Shown one piece after another: positions 27,981-37,696 of a DNA stretch of 64,000 bases; within the stretch, counting starts at the first letter, position 1; every line of letters starts with the position of its first letter. The stretch is from Candidatus Limnocylindrales bacterium (GTDB lineage: Bacteria; Chloroflexota; Limnocylindria; Limnocylindrales; CSP1-4), in assembly GCA_038214255.1 (NCBI GenBank), contig JBBQRZ010000014.1, positions 4,843 through 68,842 of the forward strand, written 5' to 3'. The notes under the pieces are model-generated. The model searched no databases and was not told the origin of the DNA. It saw nothing but the letters and a program-made list of their open reading frames with translations. Made by a program: the position numbers and the translations under genes.

Positions 27981-28883
27981 TCAACCAAGCGCCTCACGAA
28001 GCGGGACGGCGACCTCAACCGCGACCGCATCCACGCCCGCCGGGCCGAGGCTTGGCGCCATCCCGAGGATGACGAGCGTCGCGCCGCGGCGTCCGGCATC
28101 GATGGCGTCGCGGAGCGCGTTCCGGCGATCCTCGGTCGTCGTCCCGGTGCTGACTTGGGAGCCGAACTCGAACGTCGCGGGGTCGCGCCCGGCGGCCGCG
28201 AGCGCCGCGAGCATCGCGTCGCGCCGATCCATGAAGTAGTCTAGGTCGGTGGGTCTCCCGGTGCCGCTGACGGACGGTTGGAGCCAGCCATCCGCGACGG
28301 CCGCCGCCAGGGCGATGCCTCGGCGCTTCTGTCCGCCGAGGTAGAGGGACGGTCCGCCCGGGGTCAGCGGCGGCGGCTCGTTCGTGGCTTCGGTCAACGG
28401 ATAGAACGGATCCGGTCGGGTCACGCCGGGCTCGCTGGCCGCGGCATCGGACCACAGGGCGCGCAGGACATGGACCGCGGATTCGAACCGGTCGAACCGT
28501 TCGGGCATCGGCGGCAAGAGAATCCCGAAGGGGACGTGTTCGCCTTCGTGCCAGCCGGCGCCAAGACCCAGGATGAACCGACCGCCGGTCGCGTGGTCCA
28601 GGACGGTCGCGGTCTTGGCGAGGACGGCCGGATGGCGGAATGTGTTCGACAGCACGCCATGTCCGACCCGCCGGCCCGGAACTCGATGGACCAGGGCGGC
28701 CATCGTCGTGAGCGACTCGAGGCTCGCGCCGTGGTGGGCGCGCGAGACGTCGGTGAGGTGGTCGTTCATCCAGACCGACTCGAACACCTCGTGCTCGCCG
28801 ATCCGTGCCCAGGCAGCGTCGAGCGTCGCCCAGTCGACCGCCTGCGGTGACGTCTTGACCCCGATCGCGACCTCTCGAGCCAC
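27981..28883 (-). CDS. LLM class flavin-dependent oxidoreductase
   Basis: SVWMNDHL, RHPAVLAK, LDHATGGRFILGLGAGW. C-terminal part of ORF 27981..32708; GTG start 8 nt after the ilvD stop. Confidence 0.85.
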   Translation of the reverse strand: MAREVAIGVKTSPQAVDWATLDAAWARIGEHEVFESVWMNDHLTDVSRAHHGASLESLTTMAALVHRVPGRRVGHGVLSNTFRHPAVLAKTATVLDHATGGRFILGLGAGWHEGEHVPFGILLPPMPERFDRFESAVHVLRALWSDAAASEPGVTRPDPFYPLTEATNEPPPLTPGGPSLYLGGQKRRGIALAAAVADGWLQPSVSGTGRPTDLDYFMDRRDAMLAALAAAGRDPATFEFGSQVSTGTTTEDRRNALRDAIDAGRRGATLVILGMAPSLGPAGVDAVAVEVAVPLREALG

Positions 28884-28891
28884 GGACGCGG

Positions 28892-30643
28892 TCAGCGTCC
28901 GCCGAGGTTGGCCGTCATGCGCGACCCCGTCGTGACGGCCCCGCTGGAGGCCGAGCCGACGAGCGCCGCGTACTTGGCCATGACGCCCGACGCGTAGCGC
29001 GGCGGCGGGGGCGACCAGCGCGCCAGGCGGCTGGCGATCTCGTCGGGGGCGACCACCAGGTCGAGCGCCTTGCGATCGACGTCGATGACGATCTCGTCGC
29101 CTTCCTTGACCGCGGCGATCGGCCCGCCGAGCGCGGCCTCGGGCGCGATGTGGCCGATCATCAGGCCGTGGGTCCCGCCCGAGAACCGCCCGTCCGTCAC
29201 GAGCGCGACCACGTCGCCCAGTCCCTCGCCCACCAGGGCGGCCGTGACACTCAACATCTCCTGCATCCCGGGCCCACCGACCGGGCCCTCGTAGCGGATG
29301 ACGACGACGTCGCCGGCGACGATCCGCCGGTCGCGAACCGCCTCGAAGCAGGCTGCCTCCGAGTCGAACACCCGGGCCAGCCCGCGGTGCTCCCGGCGCT
29401 CGTGGCCCGCGAGCTTCACGACGCAGCCATCCGGAGCGAGGCTGCCGCGGAGGATGGCCAGGCCGCCGGTCGGCTTGATCGGCGTCTCGAGCGGCACGAC
29501 GACCTTCTGGCCTGGGGTTTCGTGGACCGCATCGGCGATCTGCGCGATGGTTCGCCCGTCGACCGTCGGCTCGTCCGCATGGAGCAGGCCGGGACGCTTC
29601 AGCAGCTCGCGCATGACGAGCGCGACCCCGCCCGCGTCGTGGATGTCGGCGGCCGTGTAGCGCCCGCCCGGCTGCATGTCGGCGACGATCGGCGTGCGGT
29701 CGGCGATCGAGCCGAAGGCGTCGATGTCGAGCTCGATCCCAAACTCGTGCGCGATCGCGAGCATATGGAGCACGCCGTTCGTCGAGCCGCCGGTCGCGGC
29801 GATCGAGGCGATGCCGTTCTCGATCGCGGCCTTCGAGACGATCGACGAGGGGCGGACGTCCCGCCGGACCAGGTCCATGACGAGCTCGCCGGTCTGGCGC
29901 GCGGCGTCGTCCTTGGCGGGATCCTCGGCCGGGATGCCGTTGAGGCCCGCCGGCGAGATGCCGATGAACTCCATGACCGTGCTCATCGTGTTGGCGGTGA
30001 ATTGCCCGCCACAGGCGCCCGGGCCGGGGCACGCGACGTTCTCGACCTCGTACAGCTCGTCGAGGCTGATCTTGCCCGCGCGATAGGCGCCGATCGCCTC
30101 GAACACCGTCACGACCGTGGCATTGCGCTGGCCCTTGTACGTGCCCGGATAGATCGTCCCGTTGTAGAGGACCACCCCCGGCACGTCGAGGCGGCCCAGG
30201 GCCATGGCCGCGCCCGGGATCGTCTTGTCGCAGCCGACGAGGCAGACGACCCCATCGAGGAGGTGGCCCCGGACGACGAGCTCGATCGAGTCGGCGACGA
30301 CCTCGCGGCTGACGAGCGATGCCTTCATCCCCTCGGTGCCCATCGAGACGCCGTCGCTCACCGAGATCGTGTTGAACTCCATCGGCGTGCCGCCCGCGGC
30401 CCGGATGCCCGCCTTGACCGATTCGGCGAGCCGGCGCTGGTTGAGATTGCAGGGCATCGTCTCGATCCACGTCGTCGCGACGCCGACGAGTGGCTTCGCC
30501 AGGTCCTCGTCCGTGAACCCGACCGCCTTGAGCATCGCTCGGGCCGCGGCACGATCCGGTCCGTCGGTCAGGGCGGCCGAGTGTCGTTTGGCCGGGTCGC
30601 TCGGTCGGTCGTAGGGGTGGTGCGCGTCGGGCTGGTCGGGCAT
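28892..30643 (-). CDS. ilvD: Dihydroxy-acid dehydratase
   Basis: [48 protein letters not shown]. Confidence 0.96.
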   Translation of the reverse strand: MPDQPDAHHPYDRPSDPAKRHSAALTDGPDRAAARAMLKAVGFTDEDLAKPLVGVATTWIETMPCNLNQRRLAESVKAGIRAAGGTPMEFNTISVSDGVSMGTEGMKASLVSREVVADSIELVVRGHLLDGVVCLVGCDKTIPGAAMALGRLDVPGVVLYNGTIYPGTYKGQRNATVVTVFEAIGAYRAGKISLDELYEVENVACPGPGACGGQFTANTMSTVMEFIGISPAGLNGIPAEDPAKDDAARQTGELVMDLVRRDVRPSSIVSKAAIENGIASIAATGGSTNGVLHMLAIAHEFGIELDIDAFGSIADRTPIVADMQPGGRYTAADIHDAGGVALVMRELLKRPGLLHADEPTVDGRTIAQIADAVHETPGQKVVVPLETPIKPTGGLAILRGSLAPDGCVVKLAGHERREHRGLARVFDSEAACFEAVRDRRIVAGDVVVIRYEGPVGGPGMQEMLSVTAALVGEGLGDVVALVTDGRFSGGTHGLMIGHIAPEAALGGPIAAVKEGDEIVIDVDRKALDLVVAPDEIASRLARWSPPPPRYASGVMAKYAALVGSASSGAVTTGSRMTANLGGR

Positions 30644-30858
30644 CGGGCTCTCCGGTCAGGGCGACGGGATCGTCAAGGTGCGGGCCTGTCAGTGTAGGGC
30701 GGTGCGGGCCGTCCGGTCCGCGCCCGGCGGCCGCCCGCCTGGCGCGGAGCTCCGTGGCCGGAGCGGCGCTGGGTTTCTTTTCGGGCCGCCCGCCAACGCG
30801 TATGCTGCCGCGACCCGGGACGTTGAGCGGCGGGACGCGAGGGAGGCAGGTCGGCCGG

Positions 30859-31197
30859 ATGGACAAGAAGCTGGAGCTCCTGGCGAAGGTCCCGCTGCTG
30901 GCCGGGCTCGACCGCAAAGGCCTCGAAGAGGTTGGGCGGCTCGCCGATGAGGTGGATCTCCCAGCGGGCAAAGTCGTCACGCGCCAGGGTGAATACGCCG
31001 AGGAGTTCTTCGTGATCGTCGACGGCAAGGTCGCCGTCGAACGCAACGGGGCCCATCTAGCCGATCTCGGGCCGGGCGCGTTCTTCGCACAGCGCGAGTT
31101 CATTTCCCTGCTCGCCAGCTTTCCCACGATCCAGGGAGCGGTGCTGAATGCGCGCGCGATCCGGCTCGCCGCCCTGGAGCCCGAACAGCACCAGTGA
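30859..31197 (+). CDS. Stand-alone cNMP-binding-domain protein apparently lacking the phosphate-binding cassette
   Basis: LAKVPLLAGL...RQGEYAEEFFVIVDG...LGPGAFF is followed directly by AQREFISLL; no GE...PRTA segment. Confidence 0.7.
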   Translation: MDKKLELLAKVPLLAGLDRKGLEEVGRLADEVDLPAGKVVTRQGEYAEEFFVIVDGKVAVERNGAHLADLGPGAFFAQREFISLLASFPTIQGAVLNARAIRLAALEPEQHQ

Positions 31198-31213
31198 CCA
31201 TCGGCCTGCTCGG

Positions 31214-32398
31214 CTAGTGCAGGCAGCTCCCGGTGGCGACGGCACTCGTGCGGCCGATCGCCGGGGCGACCCGCGACGAGACGGCCGTTGGCGCGAGCGC
31301 GTAGCCGACCTCCGGGTCCGTCCGCGCCTCGGCGAACACGAGGCCGCCGATCGTCCCGTCCGAGAGCACGAACGGGCCGCCACTGTCCCCGCGGTCGATC
31401 TCGGCGCGCAGCTCGAGGATCTCGCGGCGCACGGTCGATCGCCCGTAGATATCGCGTCCGACGGCCGCGTACGAACCGGTGACGGCTCCAGGCACGATCT
31501 TCAGTGGACCACCCCCCGGGTACCCGAGTGCCGCCCCGATCGCGCCGCGCACCGGGTCCGTCGTGGCGAACCGCAGCGGCGTGGCGCTCGCATCCTGGGC
31601 CTGTAGGAGCGCGACGTCGAGATCGGGATCGAACAGGACGACGACCGCGTCGCTCCGGTGGCCGACCGCGTCCGTGACGAGGACCCCACTGGAACGCGAT
31701 CCGGCGACGACGTGGGCGTTCGTGACGAGGTACCCGGGCGCGATCAGCACCCCGGTGCCCGACGATGCCAGACCGCATGTCGCCGCGGTGACCCGCAACG
31801 TGCTCGCCTCGGCCGCTGCCGCGATCCGTTGAACCGTCGCGTCCGAGGGTCGATCGACCGGCGGCCGAGGCAGCGGTTCGAACCCCACGAACACGTCCGG
31901 CAGCCCGGAGCTGTTGAGGAGGCTGCCGAGGTCCGCCGCGATCACGTCGGGCGCCGGGAGGATGGCGTTGAGCGCACGGATCGCCGTCGAGGTCTGGGCC
32001 GCCTCTGTCAGCCGAGGGACCGGCCCGATCGCGAGCAGGCCACCGGCCAGCCACACGATCAGCAGCGCCTGCGCCGCGCCCAGCAGGGCCCCACCGACCC
32101 GATCGGCCGCCCCGAGGACCCCGTTGCCCAGGGCCGTGGCGACCGACCGCCCGATGGCCGATCCGATCGACTCGCCCAAGCCGACGGCGACGAGCAGCCC
32201 CGCCAGGACGACGAACGGCCGGATCGTGGGCTGGAGCGACGCGAGTGGATCGGCCAGCGCCGGCAGCGCAAGGATCGCCAGGCCGCCCCCGACCACGGCC
32301 CCCAGGAGCCCGCCGACCTGGGGAAGCGCCCCCGACCGGAACCCGAAGACCATCGCGAGGACGACCAGCAGGACCGCCACGAGGTCCAGGGAATTCAC
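31214..32398 (-). CDS. MarP-type membrane serine protease (CvpA-like TM domain plus trypsin domain)
   Basis: Four N-terminal TMs; TNAHVV, DVALL and GDSGGP triad motifs. Confidence 0.9.
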   Translation of the reverse strand: MNSLDLVAVLLVVLAMVFGFRSGALPQVGGLLGAVVGGGLAILALPALADPLASLQPTIRPFVVLAGLLVAVGLGESIGSAIGRSVATALGNGVLGAADRVGGALLGAAQALLIVWLAGGLLAIGPVPRLTEAAQTSTAIRALNAILPAPDVIAADLGSLLNSSGLPDVFVGFEPLPRPPVDRPSDATVQRIAAAAEASTLRVTAATCGLASSGTGVLIAPGYLVTNAHVVAGSRSSGVLVTDAVGHRSDAVVVLFDPDLDVALLQAQDASATPLRFATTDPVRGAIGAALGYPGGGPLKIVPGAVTGSYAAVGRDIYGRSTVRREILELRAEIDRGDSGGPFVLSDGTIGGLVFAEARTDPEVGYALAPTAVSSRVAPAIGRTSAVATGSCLH

Positions 32399-32491
32399 CG
32401 AGCGATCGTCGCACAGCTCGACTGGCGGCGGCGGCGACGGGCTGGCATGGCCCCGGCGACTGCACCGGGGCCACCCGCACCTCTCGGAGGA

Positions 32492-33037
32492 TCAGCTCGT
32501 GACGGCCTGGATCGCGGGCGCGGTGCCGGTGCCGTCGGAGATCGTGTAGGTGCCCGGGGCCAGATCCTCCTGGGACACATCGACCTCGGTTCGGTGCTGC
32601 TCGGCGATCATCATGCAGACCTGGTTGCCCGCTCCGTGACCCTCGAACAGGGTGACCGCGAAGGTCTGGCCGGTTCGCCGCACCTCGACGTGATCGAGCA
32701 CGTTGCACGGCTCGACGCCCGATGTCCAGGTCACGGTCACAACGATATTGCGGCCATCGACCCGCGCGGCGAGGGACTCGGCGCCGATGGGATGCGGCTC
32801 GAGCTGCCCCGGCTTGGGCACCACGAGCCTGGGGGCTCCGGGCGGGGCGATGACGCCGCCCCCGCTGCTATCGCTCGGCGCGGCCGAGCCCGGGGCGACC
32901 GCCGGCGGCGCGCTCGGGCCGCTCGAGGGTGGCGCCGACGCGGACAGCGCCGGCACACCGGCCGCGGTGCACCCGGCGAGGAGGAGGGCGATGGCGGCGA
33001 GCGTGGTCGCGGTGCGACCGGGTCGAGGGTGGTTCAT
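32492..33037 (-). CDS. Putative lipoprotein
   Basis: Lipobox LLAG-C after a hydrophobic stretch, P/S/A linker, small Cys-pair domain (GVEPC...QVCMMIA). Confidence 0.7.
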   Translation of the reverse strand: MNHPRPGRTATTLAAIALLLAGCTAAGVPALSASAPPSSGPSAPPAVAPGSAAPSDSSGGGVIAPPGAPRLVVPKPGQLEPHPIGAESLAARVDGRNIVVTVTWTSGVEPCNVLDHVEVRRTGQTFAVTLFEGHGAGNQVCMMIAEQHRTEVDVSQEDLAPGTYTISDGTGTAPAIQAVTS

Positions 33038-33078
33038 GGGCGCGAGACGGGCGACCGTGCGCGACGGTTCCCCGGGGA

Positions 33079-33702
33079 TCATGAGGCCTCGAGGAGCGAG
33101 TCGATGCGCGGCGGGTGCGCCGCCTCCCACGCCGCGATCTCCGCGTCCTTCGAGAGCAGGTACCCCAGCTCGTCCGTGCCCGCGAGCAGCATCCGCTTGG
33201 CGAATGGGTCGATCTGGAAGTCGATCGTCGAGCCGTCCGGCAGCAGGAGGCCTTCTTCGGCGAGGTCGATCGTCAGCTCGGCATCCGGATCGCGCTCGAT
33301 GAGGTCGCGCAACCGGCGATGGGTCGCCGGATCGACCTCGATCGGCAGCAGCCCGTTCTTGAGGCTGTTGCTGCGGAAGATGTCCGCGAAGCCCGTCGAG
33401 AGGATCGCGCGCAGGCCCCAGGCGGACAGCGCCCACGGTGCGTGCTCGCGGGACGACCCGGACCCGAAGTTGTCGCCGACGAGGAGGATCTGCCGGCCGG
33501 CCATGCCCGGGCGATCCAGGACGAACGGCGGGTCCTTGAGCGACCCGTCCTCCTCGTAGCGCCAGTCGCGGAACAGCGCCTCGGCCAGGCCCGCCTTGTC
33601 GGTGACCTTGAGGTAGCGGGCCGGGACGACCTGGTCGGTGTCGACGTTCTCGGCGTCCAGGCGCACGACTTTGCTCGTGAACATCCGGAATGGTTCGCCC
33701 AC
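33079..33702 (-). CDS. leuD: 3-isopropylmalate dehydratase small subunit
   Basis: NVDTDQVVPARYL, NFGSGSSREHA, FADIF..N..KNGLLP. Confidence 0.96.
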   Translation of the reverse strand: MGEPFRMFTSKVVRLDAENVDTDQVVPARYLKVTDKAGLAEALFRDWRYEEDGSLKDPPFVLDRPGMAGRQILLVGDNFGSGSSREHAPWALSAWGLRAILSTGFADIFRSNSLKNGLLPIEVDPATHRRLRDLIERDPDAELTIDLAEEGLLLPDGSTIDFQIDPFAKRMLLAGTDELGYLLSKDAEIAAWEAAHPPRIDSLLEAS

Positions 33703-33705
33703 GGG

Positions 33706-35169
33706 TCAGCGCCCTCCGACGGCGGCCAGTGACTCGATCCCGGGGAGCGAGCGTGGGTCGCTCACGACGCCGTTGATCGCGCTCGCGGCGGCGGTGAGCG
33801 GGGAGGCGAGGAAGGTCCGTCCGCCCTTGCCCTGCCGGCCCTCGAAGTTGCGGTTGCTCGTGCTGACCGCGTACTGGCCGGGGCTCAGCTGGTCGCCGTT
33901 CATGGCGATGCACATCGAGCAACCCGCTTCGCGCCACTCGGCGCCGGCGGCCTTGAAGATCTCGCTGAGGCCTTCGGCTTCCGCCTCGCGCTTCACCTCA
34001 TCGCTGCCCGGGACGACCATCAGCCGCACTCCGTCGGCGACGTGCTGGCCGTTGAGGGCCGAGGCCGCGAGCCTGAGGTCGCTGATTCGGCCGTTCGTGC
34101 ACGACCCGACGAACACGACGTCGACCTTCTGGCCGAGGATCGGCTGGCCGGGGCGCAGATCCATGTACTCGAGGGCATGCTCGAGGGCGCGCCGCTGGGC
34201 GGGGTCGGCCTGATCGTCGGGCGAGGGGACCCGGCTCGTGATCGGGATGCCCATCCCCGGGTTGGTACCGTACGTGATCATCGGCTCGAGGGCGCTCGCG
34301 TCGATCGTGATCGACTGGTCGAACGTGGCGTCGTCGTCGGTGGGCAGCGTGCGCCAGCGGTCGACGGCCGCATCCCAGGCCGCGCCCTGGGGGGCGTGCG
34401 TCCGGCCGTGCAGGTATTCGAACGTCGTGTCGTCGGGGGCGATGAGCCCGGCCCGCGCGCCACCTTCGATGCTCATGTTGCAGATCGTCATCCGCTGTTC
34501 CATCGTCAGGGCGCGGACGGCCTCGCCGCGGTACTCGAAGACGTGGCCCGTCCCCCCGCCAACCCCGATCCGCGCGATCAGCGCGAGGATGATGTCCTTG
34601 GAGCCGACCCCGGGCGTGAGGCGGCCGTCGACGCGGACCTCGTACGACTTCGGATCGCGCTGGAGCAGGGTCTGCGTCGCGAGGACCATCTCGACCTCGC
34701 TGGTCCCGATGCCGAACGCCAGGGCCCCAAAGGCGCCGTGCGTGCTCGTGTGCGAGTCGCCGCAGACGATCGTCATGCCGGGCTGGGTCAGGCCCAGCTG
34801 CGGGCCGATGACGTGGACGATCCCCTGGCTCGGCGAGCCCATGCCGTGGAGCGGGATGCCGAACTCCGAGCAGTTCGTCTCGAGCTGATGGATCTGGTTC
34901 GCCGCCATGGCGTCGAGGATCGGGAGATCGCGCGGCGTGGTCGGCACGGAATGGTCGGCCGTCGCCACCGTCTGGGACGGGCGCCGGACGCGGAGGCCGC
35001 GCTGACGGAGGCCCGTGAACGCCTGGGGACTCGTGACCTCGTGGACGAGGTGCAAGTCGACCGCAAGGACGGCCGGGGCAGCTGGATCCTGGCTGACGAC
35101 GTGGTCGGACCAGATCTTGTCGACGATCGTGCGGGGCTGAGCCGGGCTCGGTGCTGGGGTCGGTGTCAT
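33706..35169 (-). CDS. leuC: 3-isopropylmalate dehydratase large subunit
   Basis: [46 protein letters not shown]. Start likely 35169 (alternative 35190) rather than 35421. Confidence 0.95.
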   Translation of the reverse strand: MTPTPAPSPAQPRTIVDKIWSDHVVSQDPAAPAVLAVDLHLVHEVTSPQAFTGLRQRGLRVRRPSQTVATADHSVPTTPRDLPILDAMAANQIHQLETNCSEFGIPLHGMGSPSQGIVHVIGPQLGLTQPGMTIVCGDSHTSTHGAFGALAFGIGTSEVEMVLATQTLLQRDPKSYEVRVDGRLTPGVGSKDIILALIARIGVGGGTGHVFEYRGEAVRALTMEQRMTICNMSIEGGARAGLIAPDDTTFEYLHGRTHAPQGAAWDAAVDRWRTLPTDDDATFDQSITIDASALEPMITYGTNPGMGIPITSRVPSPDDQADPAQRRALEHALEYMDLRPGQPILGQKVDVVFVGSCTNGRISDLRLAASALNGQHVADGVRLMVVPGSDEVKREAEAEGLSEIFKAAGAEWREAGCSMCIAMNGDQLSPGQYAVSTSNRNFEGRQGKGGRTFLASPLTAAASAINGVVSDPRSLPGIESLAAVGGR

Positions 35170-35582
35170 CGGAGGAAGGATCTCGGGCATTGGGATGAGG
35201 CGATGGAAGGGTAGCAGCCATGCGCGGCCGCGGCTCCTCGCTGGTCGCCGGCCGATGGTCACCCTCGAGGCCCGTACATTCTGCATGGTGCGGTGGTGCC
35301 CGGTGCGGGGTACATCCTGGCGCCTGATCCTGGCCCTCATGACCCTCGCGAGCTGCGCGTAGGTCGTCGAGGCTGGCCAGCGCTGGAGGTGATCCGGCGA
35401 GCGTCGGCACCACGAGCTCATCGGCCGCCGGCCCCGCCGGCGGCCTTCTTCATGCCTCCGATGTGCGGGCGAACCGGCCCATTGGTCCTATCGGAACTGG
35501 TACCACGGTGCCTGAGCGCCCCACAAAATTGTCGCGTATAACGACGTTCCGGGGACCCGAGCGAACGCCGGAGGGCGAGACC

Positions 35583-37259
35583 ATTACCGATCAGTACGGC
35601 GGGACGCCGATCGATCGCGATCCTGCGGGCGACCTGTTCGACAGGTCGACCGATCTACGGGTCGTGCGCCTGCGCCTGTTCCTCGCGCTCGTCACGATGT
35701 TCGCGATCCCCGTCGGCATCGCCGTCCCCGTCATTTACGGCCTGACCGTGGGCCGTGGCGAGTCGGTCATCCTGCCGACAGTCGGGACCATCGTCGTCGC
35801 GATGCTGCTCGGGGTCCTGGCGGTGTGGCTGGCGCGCCGGGTCCTGGAGCCGGCCGAGCGCCTCGACCGGGCCCGGGTCGTCCTCGAGGACGCCTACGCT
35901 CGTGCCCGGGCCGAATCGCTCCGCGACTCCCTGACCGGCCTCGGCAACCATCGCGCGTTCCAGGAGGAGCTCGAGCGGCAGTGGGTCACGGCGCGCCGCC
36001 ACAACGGCCGGCTGGCGCTCGCCATCATCGACCTCGACGAGTTCCAGCGGATCAACGAGGTCGAGGGGCACGTCGGCGGCGATCGCGTGCTCGTCACCGC
36101 GGCGGCGACCCTTACCGCGGGTCTGCGCCGGTCGGACCGGGTGTTCCGGATCGGCGGCGACGAGTTCGCCGTGCTGATGCCCGGTGCCGACGACGAAGAG
36201 AGCTACCTGTCCCTGCGCCGGGTCCTCGCGACGGCCCTCGAGGGCTCCGGCGGGAGGATCCGCAACCCGGGTGCTTCGGCGCCCATGCCCTGGTCGTTCA
36301 GTGCCGGCATCGCCGCCATTCCCGGGGCTGCCGGCGATCGGGCGACTCTGTTCCGTGAGGCCGATTCGGCGCTCGTGTGGGGCAAGCGCCATGGCCGGAC
36401 CTGCGTGACCGTGTTCGACCCCGAGAAACACGGGATGGCGGCCGAGCGGCCGATCGCCGAGGTGGCCGCCCAGGTCGCCCGGGTCGTGGCGTCCGGTGCC
36501 CTCAAGACCGTCTTCCAACCGATCTTCGACTTACGAACCGGCCAGCCCCGGGGATATGAGGCGCTCACCCGGCCGATGCCCGGCTCGGGCTTCGCGGACC
36601 CCTCCGAGCTGTTCGCCGCGGCCGAGGCGGTCGGGCGCACGGTCGAGCTCGACATTGCCTGCCTGTCGACCTCGATCTCGGCCTTTGCCCGTCTTGGATT
36701 GACCGGCAGCCTGACGCTCAATCTCTCCCCGCGGACGCTCGAGACGGACGAGTTCAGCGTCCACAGCCTCGTTCAGATCCTGCAACGCCACGGCGTGAAC
36801 CCGAACCGCGTGGTCATCGAGCTGACCGAGCGCGAGGCCGTCGAGGACCTGGATCGCCTTATCCGGGCGGTCGAGTCGTGCCGGGCCGCCGGTATGCGGA
36901 TCGCGGCCGACGACGTCGGCGCCGGGAACGCCGGGCTCCGGCTGCTCGCGCAACTGCGCTTCGACATCGTCAAGATCGACCTCTCGCTCGTCCAGGGTGG
37001 CGCCGTGCGGGCGACCTCCCACGAGGTCGTCCGGACGCTCAAGGACCTCGCCGATCGCTGGGGCGCCCTCGTCATCGCCGAAGGGGTCGAAACGGCCGAG
37101 CAGCTGCTGTTCGTCCGTTCCCTCGGCATCCGGGCGGGCCAGGGCTACCTCCTCGGGCGACCCTCCGAAACGCCGCTCACGACACCGCTCGACCTCGACG
37201 CCGTCCTCCACGGAGACGGCGACTGGCTGGCGAACCGCCTTCGGGCCGCTCCCGTATGA
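35583..37259 (+). CDS. Membrane-anchored GGDEF-EAL c-di-GMP enzyme; start uncertain, possibly ATT
   Basis: Two TMs, DSLTGLGNHR, RIGGDEF, YEALTR, IELTE, DDVGAG, VKID, AEGVE, QGY. Confidence 0.88.
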   Translation: MTDQYGGTPIDRDPAGDLFDRSTDLRVVRLRLFLALVTMFAIPVGIAVPVIYGLTVGRGESVILPTVGTIVVAMLLGVLAVWLARRVLEPAERLDRARVVLEDAYARARAESLRDSLTGLGNHRAFQEELERQWVTARRHNGRLALAIIDLDEFQRINEVEGHVGGDRVLVTAAATLTAGLRRSDRVFRIGGDEFAVLMPGADDEESYLSLRRVLATALEGSGGRIRNPGASAPMPWSFSAGIAAIPGAAGDRATLFREADSALVWGKRHGRTCVTVFDPEKHGMAAERPIAEVAAQVARVVASGALKTVFQPIFDLRTGQPRGYEALTRPMPGSGFADPSELFAAAEAVGRTVELDIACLSTSISAFARLGLTGSLTLNLSPRTLETDEFSVHSLVQILQRHGVNPNRVVIELTEREAVEDLDRLIRAVESCRAAGMRIAADDVGAGNAGLRLLAQLRFDIVKIDLSLVQGGAVRATSHEVVRTLKDLADRWGALVIAEGVETAEQLLFVRSLGIRAGQGYLLGRPSETPLTTPLDLDAVLHGDGDWLANRLRAAPV

Positions 37260-37315
37260 GCCTTCGCCGACGCCAGGACGCCGACGTGGCCGTCCCGACC
37301 GCCTCCACCCGGACG

Positions 37316-37343
37316 TTGACGGGCGCACGATCCCTGCTAGACT
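37316..37343 (+). promoter_or_regulatory. Sigma70-type promoter of the ilv-leu operon
   Basis: TTGACG (37316-37321), 16 nt, TAGACT (37338-37343). Confidence 0.6.
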
Positions 37344-37393
37344 GCCCGGACCGCACGGTTTTCCCGCGCGGCATTCGCGTTACGGAGACCCAG

Positions 37394-37603
37394 TTGGGCC
37401 AGTTCGATCGACAGGATCGCCGCCGCGTCGCCGTCGTTGCCACGACGGATGGCCGCCGCGTGCATGTGCCGATCGAGCCGGACGGGTTCGCCGACGTACC
37501 CTTCGTTTCGCTGCTTCGCTCGCTTCTGGGGCTTGATGGCCTTCTTGGGCTTATTACCGGCTCCCGGCGGGAGAACGGAGGGACGCGGAGGGACGGACGC
37601 TAG
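37394..37603 (+). CDS. Putative branched-chain amino acid attenuator leader peptide (69 aa)
   Basis: GGAG 6 nt before TTG. Encodes ...VSLLRSLLGLDGLLGLI... with 8 Leu codons (6 CTT) at 37511-37552. Stop lies 28 nt before a terminator. Confidence 0.6.
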   Translation: MGQFDRQDRRRVAVVATTDGRRVHVPIEPDGFADVPFVSLLRSLLGLDGLLGLITGSRRENGGTRRDGR

Positions 37604-37631
37604 GAAGCGACCGGACCACCAGACCCGAAGG

Positions 37632-37664
37632 GACCCTCGCCGGGAAGGCGAGGGTCTTTTGTTT
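37632..37664 (+). terminator. Intrinsic terminator of the ilvB leader (attenuator)
   Basis: GACCCTCGCC-GGGAA-GGCGAGGGTC followed by TTTTGTTT, 32 nt upstream of the ilvB ATG. Confidence 0.85.
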
Positions 37665-37696
37665 GTCCGTCACCTCTCACCAATCGAGGTCCACCG

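Noticed and set aside
27981-32708. 1575-aa minus-strand ORF
   Set aside because: Only the last ~300 aa (LLM oxidoreductase) are protein-like. The rest is an Arg/Gly/Pro-rich off-frame read-through of the marP-like gene and ilvD, expected at this GC content.
35190-35460. Possible leuC leader: mini-[14 protein letters not shown] (35453-35418, minus) with GGAGG and a GC hairpin, overlapping an in-frame ATG at 35421
   Set aside because: The mini-ORF has no Leu codons, there is no U-tailed terminator on the minus strand, and the extension is not LeuC-like. Not enough to call an attenuator.
35529-35547. TGTCG-N7-CGAC near the GGDEF-EAL promoter, and TGCCG-N6-CGACC at 17714-17729, as further Crp sites
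   Set aside because: Wrong spacing or two mismatches in GC-rich DNA; likely chance.
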